From Patescibacteria group bacterium (GTDB lineage: Bacteria; Patescibacteriota; Patescibacteriia; Magasanikbacterales; GWA2-37-8): a stretch of 64,000 bases of DNA. A model generated the notes under the pieces. That model had not been told where the DNA came from. It saw nothing but the letters and a program-made list of their open reading frames with translations, and made no database searches. Position 1 is the first letter of the stretch. Every line of letters starts with the position of its first letter. The stretch spans positions 264,612-328,611 of the forward strand of contig JBAZNA010000001.1 of assembly GCA_041649475.1 (NCBI GenBank), read 5' to 3'. Below are positions 39,022-47,949 of this stretch, in pieces. The position numbers were made by a program, and so were the translations under genes.

Positions 39022-40716
39022 ATGTGTAAATTGAAAGAGGAAGTGGCAAATTTGTTGCGCGACATAGGCGTGGAAGGCGAAATTGATATTATCACTCCAC
39101 CTGATCCGGAAATGGGGGATTTGGGTTTTGCCACTTTCGGTTTGGCCAAACAGCAGAAAAAAAATCCTTATGATGTAACACTTGAGCTTAAGTCAGCAAT
39201 TGAGGAGAAGGGAATGCCTAATGGTATTGAAGGTATTGCGGCGGTAGGCCCGTATTTGAATTTTTATTTTAAAACCGGCGGTTTGGCCAAATGTGTTATT
39301 GAAGAAATAAAAGTTCGGGGCAAAGATTTTGGCAAATCACAGACAAAACAAAAAGAAAAAGTGATGATTGAATATTCCCAGCCGAATACGCATAAGGAAT
39401 TTCATATTGGCCACTTAAGGAATGTATGTATTGGTTCATCTTTGGTCAATATCTTTCGCGCCAGCGGCTATAAAATTTTGAGCGCGAATTATGTCGGTGA
39501 TGTGGGCGCGCATGTGGCCAAGTGCCTTTGGTATATAAAAAAGTTTAACAAAGAAATTCCAAAAGAGAATAAAGGAAAATGGCTGGGCCAGATGTATACC
39601 GAAGCCAGTCGGGTGTTGGAGGATAAACCGGAATTGAAACCGGAGGTGCAAGAAGTGCAGGCCAAACTGGAGAGCGGCGATAAGGACTGGGTAAAATTTT
39701 GGCAAGAAACCAAAAAATGGAGTTTGGAAGAGTTTAAAAGAATTTATGATTTATTGGGAGTAAATTTTGATGTTTGGTTTTATGAAAGCGAAGTGGAAAA
39801 ACCGGGCAAAGACATGGTTGATGAGTTACTAAAAAAAGGCGTGGCCCAAACCGGGGAAGGCGGGGCGGTTATTGTTGATTTAAATAAATACGGGCTTGAT
39901 ATATTTTTGATTTTAAAATCAGATGGGACGTCACTCTACGCTACCAAAGATCTGGCCTTGGCCAAAAAGAAATTTCATGAATATAAAATTGATAAAAACA
40001 TCATGGTGGTTGACAGCCGGCAGGAATTTTATTTCAAGCAATTATTCCAAACTTTGGCATTGGCCGGCTGGAAAAAAGATCTACAATATATCGGTTATGA
40101 ATTTGTGAAGCTGCCGGAAGGCGCCATGGCCAGCCGTACCGGCAATGTAGTTTTGTTTGACGATCTATATAATGATGTTTTTGCCACGGAAGTAGAAGAG
40201 GTAAAAACACGCCACGCGGATTGGAGCGCGAAAAATATTGAAGAGGCAGCGCGCGTACTAGCTTTGGGCGCTTTGAAATTTGACATGCTTAAGCATCCAG
40301 TTGATAAGGTTATCATTTTTAACAAAAAAGAGGCCCTGGCTTTTGAGGGTTATACCGGCCCGTATGTTTTATATGTTGTGGCTAGGATAAATTCACTCTT
40401 AAAAAAATCTAAAAATAAAATAAAGAAGGTTGATTTTGAGTTGTTAAAAGAATCGGAAGAAAAACAGCTTTTGTTGTTGATGTCTCAATTTGAAGAAATA
40501 ATTATAAAATCTTTAGAAAATTATAATCCTTCTGTGATAATAAAGTATTGTTTTGATTTGGCAAAACAATACAATGACTTCTATACCCAGCATAGCGTGC
40601 TAAGCGCCCAGACCCCGGAACTAATTAATGCGCGTTTGGCCATATCTGCCTGCGTAAAGCAGGTTTTGGAAAACGCACTGGGACTGCTGGGCATTGACAC
40701 AGTGCCCGAAATGTAG
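39022..40716 (+). CDS. argS: Arginyl-tRNA synthetase
   Basis: HIGHLRN motif, Arg-anticodon-binding C-terminal domain, and the N-terminal add-on domain. Confidence 0.95.
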   Translation: MCKLKEEVANLLRDIGVEGEIDIITPPDPEMGDLGFATFGLAKQQKKNPYDVTLELKSAIEEKGMPNGIEGIAAVGPYLNFYFKTGGLAKCVIEEIKVRGKDFGKSQTKQKEKVMIEYSQPNTHKEFHIGHLRNVCIGSSLVNIFRASGYKILSANYVGDVGAHVAKCLWYIKKFNKEIPKENKGKWLGQMYTEASRVLEDKPELKPEVQEVQAKLESGDKDWVKFWQETKKWSLEEFKRIYDLLGVNFDVWFYESEVEKPGKDMVDELLKKGVAQTGEGGAVIVDLNKYGLDIFLILKSDGTSLYATKDLALAKKKFHEYKIDKNIMVVDSRQEFYFKQLFQTLALAGWKKDLQYIGYEFVKLPEGAMASRTGNVVLFDDLYNDVFATEVEEVKTRHADWSAKNIEEAARVLALGALKFDMLKHPVDKVIIFNKKEALAFEGYTGPYVLYVVARINSLLKKSKNKIKKVDFELLKESEEKQLLLLMSQFEEIIIKSLENYNPSVIIKYCFDLAKQYNDFYTQHSVLSAQTPELINARLAISACVKQVLENALGLLGIDTVPEM

Positions 40717-40751
40717 TATAATCAATTGTTCGTTCTTTGATAAATTTATTT

Positions 40752-40804
40752 GAAATTGCCCGATTTTTGTATACAAAATTTGTAGATAAAAACAGGGCAA
40801 TTTC
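40752..40804 (+). promoter_or_regulatory. Nested palindrome immediately upstream of the high-GC methyltransferase RBS: 10-bp IR GAAATTGCCC / GGGCAATTTC enclosing the palindrome TTTTGTATACAAAA
   Basis: Read directly; function unknown (operator, hairpin or insertion boundary). Confidence 0.4.
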
Positions 40805-40831
40805 GCCCAAAAACCTTGAAGGAGGCACGAC

Positions 40832-41740
40832 ATGTCCAATTCTCGCAGTGGTCCAGCTCTTAGCGAACAGGTGGAGGCGTTGGGGAGGTTGCCGGTGGAT
40901 TTCGCGGAGGTGGACTGTCTGCCTCCCGAGATCAAGAAGCTCATCGCTGATCCAGTCACGTGGAGTGACCCCCGGGTGCGGGGGTACACCACCACGAAAT
41001 CCACGATCGCCCACATCCTCGCCGAGAACCCGGCTTCGGATCGGATGCTCCAGATTGTCTACCCGGACACCAACGGTTCGCCCTTGGTCAACGGTTTGGA
41101 CAGGTTCTTGAGCCGGTCGCTCTCGGGCCAGGCGCTTCGTGATCGTCTGGACTTCTGTTCGGACTGGCTGGCGGACAACTTCGCCCGTCGCGGCAAGCGC
41201 ATCATTGACCTTGGCGGCGGCTCCGGTTCGTACGCGTTCAGGGTCTTTCGTGTCCACGGTTTGATTCCCGCAAAGTTTGTGTGGGACATTTTGGACCTTG
41301 ACCTTGAGGCCCTCAATGTCGCCCGGATGCGGGCGCATGACACCGGCCTGGACGGCGTCATCCAGGTCCGCCAGGGTAACTTCAAGCACGACAGCGCCAT
41401 TCTGCCCGAGAAGGCCGACTACGCTGTTCTCATTGGAGTTCTCTGCGGCATGGACAAGGACACTGCTAGGGACGTGCTCTGCCGTGCCAAGGATCACCTC
41501 AAGCCCGGCGGTGAGATGCTCGCCGCGACCCTCCTGCAGAAGGCCTTTGATGAAGACCCTCGCACCTTCCGCATCCTCTGCAACGTCGGCGGCTGGCAAC
41601 TCCGCCCCAAGACGCCGGAGCAGGTTGCTGAAATCTTCCAGCTTGCCGGTTGGGAGATCATCGGCGATATGATGTCCGAGCGTCCCGACACCAAAGTCGG
41701 CGGCGGTCAGTACGCCATCGTGCACGCCCGCGCCCTCTAG
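40832..41740 (+). CDS. Class I SAM-dependent methyltransferase encoded in a ~62% GC island (foreign composition)
   Basis: Motif I IIDLGGGSGSYA. Strong SD AAGGAGGCACGACATG. Own GC-rich terminator at 41767-41807. No DPPY/NPPY motif, so more likely a small-molecule or RNA methyltransferase than a DNA methyltransferase. Confidence 0.75.
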   Translation: MSNSRSGPALSEQVEALGRLPVDFAEVDCLPPEIKKLIADPVTWSDPRVRGYTTTKSTIAHILAENPASDRMLQIVYPDTNGSPLVNGLDRFLSRSLSGQALRDRLDFCSDWLADNFARRGKRIIDLGGGSGSYAFRVFRVHGLIPAKFVWDILDLDLEALNVARMRAHDTGLDGVIQVRQGNFKHDSAILPEKADYAVLIGVLCGMDKDTARDVLCRAKDHLKPGGEMLAATLLQKAFDEDPRTFRILCNVGGWQLRPKTPEQVAEIFQLAGWEIIGDMMSERPDTKVGGGQYAIVHARAL

Positions 41741-41766
41741 CGCGGTCCTGCCGAAACACCCTCATG

Positions 41767-41807
41767 CCCGTGCCTGTTCTCTCCGAGAGCAGTCACGGGT
41801 TTTTTTT
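41767..41807 (+). terminator. GC-rich intrinsic terminator of the methyltransferase island (CCCGTG...CACGGG then T8)
   Basis: Read directly. Confidence 0.6.
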
Positions 41808-41859
41808 ATTTTATTTTTATGGTAAAATATATCAAACGCAATCGGAATCATCTTCAACT

Positions 41860-43464
41860 ATGGAGGTCTCATACACATATTTTGCCTTTTCAGCTGTCTT
41901 TAATGCTTTTGTCAGCACTTTTTTGGGTTTCTTGATTTTGTTTAAAGACAGAAAAAACAAGATATACAGAAATTTGGCCTGGTTCAGTTTTGGCGTGGCC
42001 CTATGGTCTTACGCGTATATCCTGTGGCCATTGGCGCCTAACCGCGAACTGACTTTGTTGTCTTTCCAACTCCTTCACATCCCGGCTTGCTTTGTGTCTA
42101 TCTTCTATCTTCATTTCGTCGTTAACTGGCTGGGCATATATAAAAAACAAAGATTGATAATTTGGCTGGGATACATCATTTCCTTCTTTTTTGCCTGTAC
42201 TACTTTTACGACGGATTTTATCGCCGGCATGGTGCCTAAGTTCGGTATGCGCTATTGGGCGGTGCCTGGGCCATTGTATGATTATTATTTGGTAATGTTT
42301 TTTGGCTTCACGCTTTACGCCACTTATCTTTTGATTAGGCACTACTCTAAAGAAACCGAAATCAAAAAGAAACAAATTGCCCTAATGCTGGTCGGCATCG
42401 TTTTATCTTTTATCGGCGGCTCAACCAATTATTATCTTTGGTATGAGGTGAATATTCCACCTTACGGAAACATCCTGGCTTCCTCGTTTGTTATTTTTAC
42501 CGTTTATGCCATTATCCGTTATAAACTTCTTAACATAAAACTCATTGCCACTGAAGGCGCGCTTCTGATAATGAACACTTTATTGTTGTTCAGGTTTTTG
42601 ACTTCAAGGGATACGACTGAATTGATTGTCAATCTTTTAATCATGATTGGTTCTTTGGTCCTTTCTTTTATCTTGATTTCAAGCGTAAAAAAAGAAATAA
42701 AACGCCGTGAGGAAGTAACTGTTTTGGCGCGTTCGCTTGAAGCCGCCAACGCCCAACTGAAAGAATTGGATCAGCAAAAAACCGAATTTTTATCCATCGC
42801 CTCCCACCAACTGCGGACGCCGCTTTCCATCGCCAAAGGGTATATAGAATTGATTAAGGATGGGGCCTATGGAAAGGCGGGGCCGGAAATGGTTAAAGTT
42901 TTGGATAAAATGGATACCAGCAATGAACACTTGGTAAAACTGGTTGACGAGTTTTTAGACATCACTCATATTGAACAGGGGCAGATAAAATATGATTTCG
43001 CGGAAAAAAATATCTGCGAGATCACCGATGATGTTATCCATGAGCTGGCGGAAAAAGCAACACAGCAAGGATTGAAAATAAGCTGGGCTTGTCCCCGGGA
43101 AAGAAAAAATATTTTTTGTGATGGCGAAAAAATTCGTCACGTGGTATTAAATTTCATTGATAATGCCATTAAGTATAGCGACAAGGGTGTGGTGGCGATT
43201 ACTTTAAAGAATGAAAATAAGGGAGTGGCCTTCAGAGTAAAAGATAACGGATTGGGTTTTGATAAAGCGGATGAAGCCGGATTTTTTCAAAAATTTTATC
43301 GCGGGAATAATGTTAAGGGCGTAAGTATTAACGGTACCGGGCTTGGTCTTTTTGTTTGCCGTAAATTTATAGAAGCCCATAAGGGCAAGGTTTGGGCCCA
43401 TAGCGACGGCTTGGGCAAGGGCAGTGAGTTTGGTTTTTGGATACCGTCAACCCAAAATTCATGA
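41860..43464 (+). CDS. Sensor histidine kinase with a multi-pass N-terminal membrane sensor domain (HisKA + HATPase_c); start set to the Met after the island terminator
   Basis: H-box SIASHQLRTPL, N/G1/G2 boxes (NFIDNAIKYS, DNGLGF, GTGLGL), 6-7 TM segments at the N-terminus. No response regulator is adjacent. The ORF track start at 41650 overlaps the island and has implausible composition. Confidence 0.8.
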   Translation: MEVSYTYFAFSAVFNAFVSTFLGFLILFKDRKNKIYRNLAWFSFGVALWSYAYILWPLAPNRELTLLSFQLLHIPACFVSIFYLHFVVNWLGIYKKQRLIIWLGYIISFFFACTTFTTDFIAGMVPKFGMRYWAVPGPLYDYYLVMFFGFTLYATYLLIRHYSKETEIKKKQIALMLVGIVLSFIGGSTNYYLWYEVNIPPYGNILASSFVIFTVYAIIRYKLLNIKLIATEGALLIMNTLLLFRFLTSRDTTELIVNLLIMIGSLVLSFILISSVKKEIKRREEVTVLARSLEAANAQLKELDQQKTEFLSIASHQLRTPLSIAKGYIELIKDGAYGKAGPEMVKVLDKMDTSNEHLVKLVDEFLDITHIEQGQIKYDFAEKNICEITDDVIHELAEKATQQGLKISWACPRERKNIFCDGEKIRHVVLNFIDNAIKYSDKGVVAITLKNENKGVAFRVKDNGLGFDKADEAGFFQKFYRGNNVKGVSINGTGLGLFVCRKFIEAHKGKVWAHSDGLGKGSEFGFWIPSTQNS

Positions 43465-43522
43465 TTGTCAATTTTTTTTAAATAGTGTAATATATACTTG
43501 TTAAAAATTAAGCCAATACCAT

Positions 43523-43996
43523 ATGATATTTCAAAAATCATCCCCTAAAAATATTGTTGAGGAAGAACTGGAAATAGTTGAATTTTCTCCGCAAACCACT
43601 TCCGATGAAGTGGAAACGGTTGTTGGTCCGTCCGTAAATGTTGAGGGTGATTTTGCCTCGGAAGGCAATATCGTGGTAAAGGGCACGGTTTCCGGCAGTG
43701 TTTATACCAGCAAGCACCTGACGGTTGAGATTGGCGCCAAAATTGTCGCCAATGTTAGAGCCGGCAGCGCTACGATCGCCGGTGAAGTAAAGGGCAACAT
43801 GAAGATAAAGGAATCGCTGGAACTCACATCCACTTCAAAAGTTTTAGGTGATGTTGATGTCAGGACATTGACGGTTGAATCCGGCGCCCTGCTTTACGGA
43901 AAAATCACCATGCCCGGAATGGACGCGAGCGACAAACCGTCACGGAATAAATCGGTTAAAAGGGTGACAGAGGAACAGATGACCACGCTTGAATAG
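43523..43996 (+). CDS. Bactofilin (polymer-forming cytoskeletal protein)
   Basis: Repetitive beta-helical G.V.G...V.G.V pattern (GNIVVKGTVSGSVYTSKHLTVEIGAKIVANVRAGSATIAGEVKGNMKI) typical of the bactofilin/DUF583 domain. Confidence 0.75.
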   Translation: MIFQKSSPKNIVEEELEIVEFSPQTTSDEVETVVGPSVNVEGDFASEGNIVVKGTVSGSVYTSKHLTVEIGAKIVANVRAGSATIAGEVKGNMKIKESLELTSTSKVLGDVDVRTLTVESGALLYGKITMPGMDASDKPSRNKSVKRVTEEQMTTLE

Positions 43997-44008
43997 AGGA
44001 GTTGGAAT

Positions 44009-44785
44009 TTGGATATATTTATGTATGTTTATCTCTACGACAATCTTTTGCGCCAGAAAAATTTTACTTCCACCATTAAGGCAATTGAGGTTAGATTGAC
44101 CGATTACGGGATTGCCGGAAAAATTTTGCGTCTCAACAATTATATTGACACCAAGCCGATAATTGAGGATGAAATCAAGAAAGGCGCCAAAACCATAGTT
44201 ATTGTCGGCAATGATTCAACCTTCGGCCAGGTGTTGTCGCGCAGCGCCACCTGTGGCTGTACATTTGGTTTTCTGCCCGTCGGGCCGGATAATTCCATTG
44301 CCGAGGTCTTGGGCATCCCGGAAGGGGTGGAGGCCTGTGATGTGTTGTCAAAACGTCGCCGTGAATTTTTGGATGTCGGCTGGATGAACAGCAGATACTT
44401 TGTTTCCCAGCTTCACATTATGCCGGGAAAATTACAAGTGGTTTATGATGAGCGCTTTAAGGTTACGGCCGCTGACAAAATGGAAGTTATTGTTTGTAAC
44501 TTACAGCCGTTTTTTTGGAAAAAAGACAAGAAAGACCGGGAGCGCCGCGTGGTGCATCCGCAGGACGGAAAATTAGAGGCGTTTCTGCGGCCTTTGACAA
44601 AAAACAAGTGGTGGGGGTATAAATATGAAGACCCCAGCATTTTTCCGTTTGAAGAGATGATGATTTCCAGCCGCGAACCGTTTACGGTTGAGGCAGACGG
44701 CAAAATCTCAAAGGAAGTTAAAGTAAAAATAAAATTGGCCCACAGCAAGATAGATATGATTGTGGGGAGGAATAGGAAGTTTTAA
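44009..44785 (+). CDS. Diacylglycerol-kinase-catalytic-domain (YegS/BmrU-like) lipid kinase family protein, divergent
   Basis: IVIVGNDSTFGQVL corresponds to the GGDGT loop; FGFLPVGPDNSIAEVLGIP corresponds to the LG.LP.GT.NDFAR.LGIP segment. Confidence 0.55.
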   Translation: MDIFMYVYLYDNLLRQKNFTSTIKAIEVRLTDYGIAGKILRLNNYIDTKPIIEDEIKKGAKTIVIVGNDSTFGQVLSRSATCGCTFGFLPVGPDNSIAEVLGIPEGVEACDVLSKRRREFLDVGWMNSRYFVSQLHIMPGKLQVVYDERFKVTAADKMEVIVCNLQPFFWKKDKKDRERRVVHPQDGKLEAFLRPLTKNKWWGYKYEDPSIFPFEEMMISSREPFTVEADGKISKEVKVKIKLAHSKIDMIVGRNRKF

Positions 44786-44802
44786 ATATAAAAAGGAGGG
44801 GT

Positions 44803-45495
44803 ATGAAAAGAGGAGGAAGGAAACCCTTGGGAAGGGTTAAAATTAAGTGGTCTTCTAATTTTGCGTATGCAATTGGGCTTATTGCGACTGATGGATGCTT
44901 ATCAAAAGATGGTAGGCATGTAGTTTTTGTTTCAAAGGATTTAGAGCAGATAGAAAATTATCAGAGAACTTTAGGTATTTCATGTTCCATAGGGCGGAAA
45001 AGCCGGGGAGGCGAAAGTGAAAGAAAATATTTTGTTCTTCAGTTCGGGGATGTCCTTTTCTATAAATTTTTATTATCAGTAGGTCTTACTCCTGCCAAAT
45101 CGAAAATTATTGGTGAGCTTGAAATACCAGATGAATATTTTTTCGATTTTCTGCGTGGACATTTGGATGGAGACGGGACGTTTTATTCGTATTGGGATCC
45201 GCGTTGGCATTCCAGTTTTATGTTTTATACTGTTTTTCTTTCAGCGAGCAAGAAACATATTGATTGGATATCCTCTAAATTATACCAATTTTTGGAAATC
45301 AAGGGGCACATAGTGAATAATAACGACTTAATTTACAGTTTGAAATTTGCCAAAAATGAATCTTTAAAATTATTGCCAAAATTGTATTATTCTGATAAAA
45401 TAATTTATCTGTCCAGGAAATATAATAAGATACAAAAAGCTCTGCATATTGAAAACAAGCACAATAATGAGTCAAAAAATGCCCGGGTGCTGTAA
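44803..45495 (+). mobile_element. Free-standing double-motif LAGLIDADG homing endonuclease gene; its stop codon lies inside the downstream tRNA-Leu
   Basis: Two LAGLIDADG motifs, YAIGLIATDGCLSKDG and FLRGHLDGDGTF, about 100 aa apart. No intron or intein context is visible. Confidence 0.7.
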
Positions 45496-45564
45496 CCGGT
45501 AGCCAGCTTGGTTTGAGGTACCAAGGTCCTAACGGACGTGGAGGTTCAATTCCTCTCCCGGGCA
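45481..45564 (+). tRNA. tRNA-Leu (anticodon GAG), class II with long variable arm; CCA not encoded
   Basis: GCCCGGG-TG-CTG-TAACCGGTAGC-CAG-C-TTGGT-TTGAGGT-ACCAA-GGTCCTAACGGACGT-GGAGG-TTCAATT-CCTCT-CCCGGGC-A. The variable arm closely resembles that of E. coli tRNA-Leu. Confidence 0.85.
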
Positions 45565-45613
45565 CAATTTACTTTGCTAAAAAGTGAACTTCATAGTAAA
45601 ATATAGGGGATAT

Positions 45614-45856
45614 ATGCGTTACTTTATCGGAATAGTCATGGTCGCGGCAGGGGTGTTTTTGGTTTTAAAAACTGAATGGTTTATTCAGAATTTTGGCACT
45701 AATGCTTGGGCCGAAGAAAAATTCGGTACAGGCGGCGGCACCAGAATGGTGTATAAATTCGTGGGAATTATTTTAATATTTTTTGGTTTTTTGGCGATAA
45801 CCAATTTATACCAGGGATTTTTAGCCGGCACAGTCGGCAAAATATTTGTCCGCTAA
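45614..45856 (+). CDS. Hypothetical small membrane protein (2 TM)
   Basis: Hydrophobic segments only; the start is uncertain. Confidence 0.4.
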   Translation: MRYFIGIVMVAAGVFLVLKTEWFIQNFGTNAWAEEKFGTGGGTRMVYKFVGIILIFFGFLAITNLYQGFLAGTVGKIFVR

Positions 45857-45863
45857 TAAATAT

Positions 45864-46415
45864 ATGACCCATTCAGGCACAGCTTTAATTGATCCATATA
45901 AAATTTTTGCGAAAATTGATTTGGGCCCGGGTATGCGGGTGGCGGATTTGGGCTGCGGTCGCACCGGTCATTTTGTTTTTGCGGCCTCACAGGTTATCGG
46001 CGATAAAGGAATTGTTTACGCGGTTGATGTGATTAAAAATGTTTTGGAAAGCGTCAAGAGCATGGCTAAAACCGAGGGTTGTGATAATGTGCGAACCGTG
46101 TGGTCTGACATTGAGTTGATTGGTAAAACGCCAATACCGGATAACAGTTTGGATGCTTGTTTTTTTATTAATGTTTTGTCCCAGGTTAAAGATAAGGTGT
46201 CGGCCCTGGGGGAGGCGACACGCATGCTCCATCGTGACGGATTTTTAATTGTGGTGGACTGGGTAAAAAAATTGGGCGGCTTGGGGCCAACACCTGAATT
46301 AATGCTGCCGGCGGAAAAATTAACTGGTTTGGGCGCGGAGAAAAATTTAAAACCAATTGACAAATCCATGGCCGGGGACTATCATTACGCTGTAATTTTT
46401 CAAAAAACCGTATGA
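45864..46415 (+). CDS. Class I SAM-dependent methyltransferase (native low-GC; start possibly 45846)
   Basis: Motif I VADLGCGRTG and motif II IVYAVD. Confidence 0.7.
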   Translation: MTHSGTALIDPYKIFAKIDLGPGMRVADLGCGRTGHFVFAASQVIGDKGIVYAVDVIKNVLESVKSMAKTEGCDNVRTVWSDIELIGKTPIPDNSLDACFFINVLSQVKDKVSALGEATRMLHRDGFLIVVDWVKKLGGLGPTPELMLPAEKLTGLGAEKNLKPIDKSMAGDYHYAVIFQKTV

Positions 46416-46816
46416 ACATAAAAAATTTATTTGATTTATACTATTGGTTTAGGGAGCCGTATACCGCTACGGGCCTGACTCTCTGGCTTTTGGTCGGCGG
46501 CTTTCTGTTTTTGATCGTAACCGGCCTGATTATACAAATAATCGCGCAATATATTAAAAATAAGACCAGCAAGGTTGTTTTAAAGAAAATCAGTACCCTG
46601 GAAATGACAATGGGCTTTCTTGGTTTGCTTTGGATGTTTTTCAGGCAGGAAAGAGTGGCGTTTTTGGCCTGGAGATTTTGGCTGCTAATTTTTGCCGCGG
46701 TTTCGGTCTGGTGGATATATAGAATTATTTGGTATGCGGTCAAGCGCGCGCCGGAGATAAAAGCCGAGCAGGAGAAGAAAGAAAGAATTGAAAAATATTT
46801 GCCCGGTCGCGGTTAG
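46412..46816 (+). CDS. Hypothetical membrane protein (3 TM)
   Basis: Hydrophobic segments only. Confidence 0.4.
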   Translation: MNIKNLFDLYYWFREPYTATGLTLWLLVGGFLFLIVTGLIIQIIAQYIKNKTSKVVLKKISTLEMTMGFLGLLWMFFRQERVAFLAWRFWLLIFAAVSVWWIYRIIWYAVKRAPEIKAEQEKKERIEKYLPGRG

Positions 46817-46826
46817 ATTATAAACT

Positions 46827-47183
46827 ATGACAAGGAGGGGGAAAAATTTGGGTGACTTCGGAGAAGCCCGGGCCTGCGATTTTTTAATCAGGCACGGGTT
46901 TGCAATTATAGAAAGAAATTATCACACGACAGTTGGTGAAATAGATATCATCGCCGAGAAGGGCGGTGATTATTATTTTATTGAAGTGAAAACGCGCCGG
47001 AATTTTAATCTGGCCAGTGATGAGGCAATAACTTTCTCTAAACGCAAACGACTGAATAAAACCGTCAAGATATATTGCTATCGGAAAAATATCGCCGGTG
47101 GTTCAATTATTTTAGCCGGCGTAATTATCGCGGCTGATGCGGCGCGGAAAAAATTGAAATTCCGATTTTGCGTGTTTAGTTGA
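46827..47183 (+). CDS. YraN-family (UPF0102) predicted endonuclease
   Basis: GE.A...L...GF.I.ERN.....GEIDIIA......FIEVK.R pattern of UPF0102. Confidence 0.7.
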   Translation: MTRRGKNLGDFGEARACDFLIRHGFAIIERNYHTTVGEIDIIAEKGGDYYFIEVKTRRNFNLASDEAITFSKRKRLNKTVKIYCYRKNIAGGSIILAGVIIAADAARKKLKFRFCVFS

Positions 47184-47208
47184 CATTTTGTGAAATTTTT
47201 AGTATAAT
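47180..47208 (+). promoter_or_regulatory. Consensus sigma70 promoter upstream of ndk (TTGACA-17-TATAAT)
   Basis: Perfect hexamers and spacing. This implies the true ndk start is the Met at 47239, not 47209. Confidence 0.65.
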
Positions 47209-47238
47209 ATGGCCAACTTTATTCATAATATTTTTAAT

Positions 47239-47844
47239 ATGGCGGTTCATCCATCTAAAGAAAAAACATTTGTTATCATCAAACCGGACGGAGTCCAGCG
47301 CGCTTTGGTTGGCGAGATAATTCAGCGTTTAGAAAAAGTCGGTTTGAAAATTATTGCTTTAAAGATGGTGCTTCCAACCGAAGATCAGTGCTGGACGCAT
47401 TACAACAAAGACGATGCCTGGTTTAAGCAAAAAGGGGAGAGGACGATTGAAAACAGAAAAGCGATGAAAATGAAGGTTGATAAATCAGCTCTTGAATACG
47501 GCAAAGATATTGTCCGCGCTTTGGTTAAATTTATGACTGCCGGTCCGGTGGTGGCTATGGTTTTATCCGGCAATCAGGCGGTAGGGATTGTTAAAAAATT
47601 AGTTGGCGGCACCGAACCGCTGACATCCGATGTGGGAACCATCAGAGGTGATTTGACTTTGGATTCTTATGAACTTTCCAGTTTGGATGAACGGGCCGTG
47701 CGCAATTTGATTCATTGTTCGGATAAACCGGAAGAAGCCGAGAGGGAAATTGACATTTGGTTTAAACCGGAGGAATTGATTGGTTATAGGCAGATTCAGG
47801 AAGAGATTTTGTATGATGTAAACCTGGATGGAATTCTAGAGTAA
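47239..47844 (+). CDS. ndk: Nucleoside diphosphate kinase with a ~60-aa internal insertion
   Basis: EKTFVIIKPDGVQR... and the C-terminal NLIHCSD..EEAEREIDIWF (active-site His) are present. A non-canonical segment lies between (QCWTHYNKDDAWFKQKGERTIENRKAMKMKVDKSALEYGKD). Confidence 0.8.
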   Translation: MAVHPSKEKTFVIIKPDGVQRALVGEIIQRLEKVGLKIIALKMVLPTEDQCWTHYNKDDAWFKQKGERTIENRKAMKMKVDKSALEYGKDIVRALVKFMTAGPVVAMVLSGNQAVGIVKKLVGGTEPLTSDVGTIRGDLTLDSYELSSLDERAVRNLIHCSDKPEEAEREIDIWFKPEELIGYRQIQEEILYDVNLDGILE

Positions 47845-47949
47845 CTAAATATAAAAGATAGTTTCTTCTCTCTTTAGTTTTAATTGATTTAGCTCAAAAT
47901 CAGGTGTATAATATCCCCATCTTAAGCAATTTTTTTGTATTCCTAAAAT

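Noticed and set aside
40625-41725. 366-aa minus-strand ORF, together with other long overlapping ORFs (41059-41400, 41277-41672, 61790-62518, 61815-62510, 7506-7712, 7731-8285)
   Set aside because: These lie antisense or out of frame to the high-GC island genes. They have no start context and show the stop-codon depletion typical of high-GC DNA; they are artefacts.
41650-41859. N-terminal extension of the histidine kinase ORF (MGDHRRYDVRASRHQSRRRS...)
   Set aside because: It overlaps the methyltransferase island and its terminator and is Arg-rich from high-GC read-through; the true start is taken as 41860.
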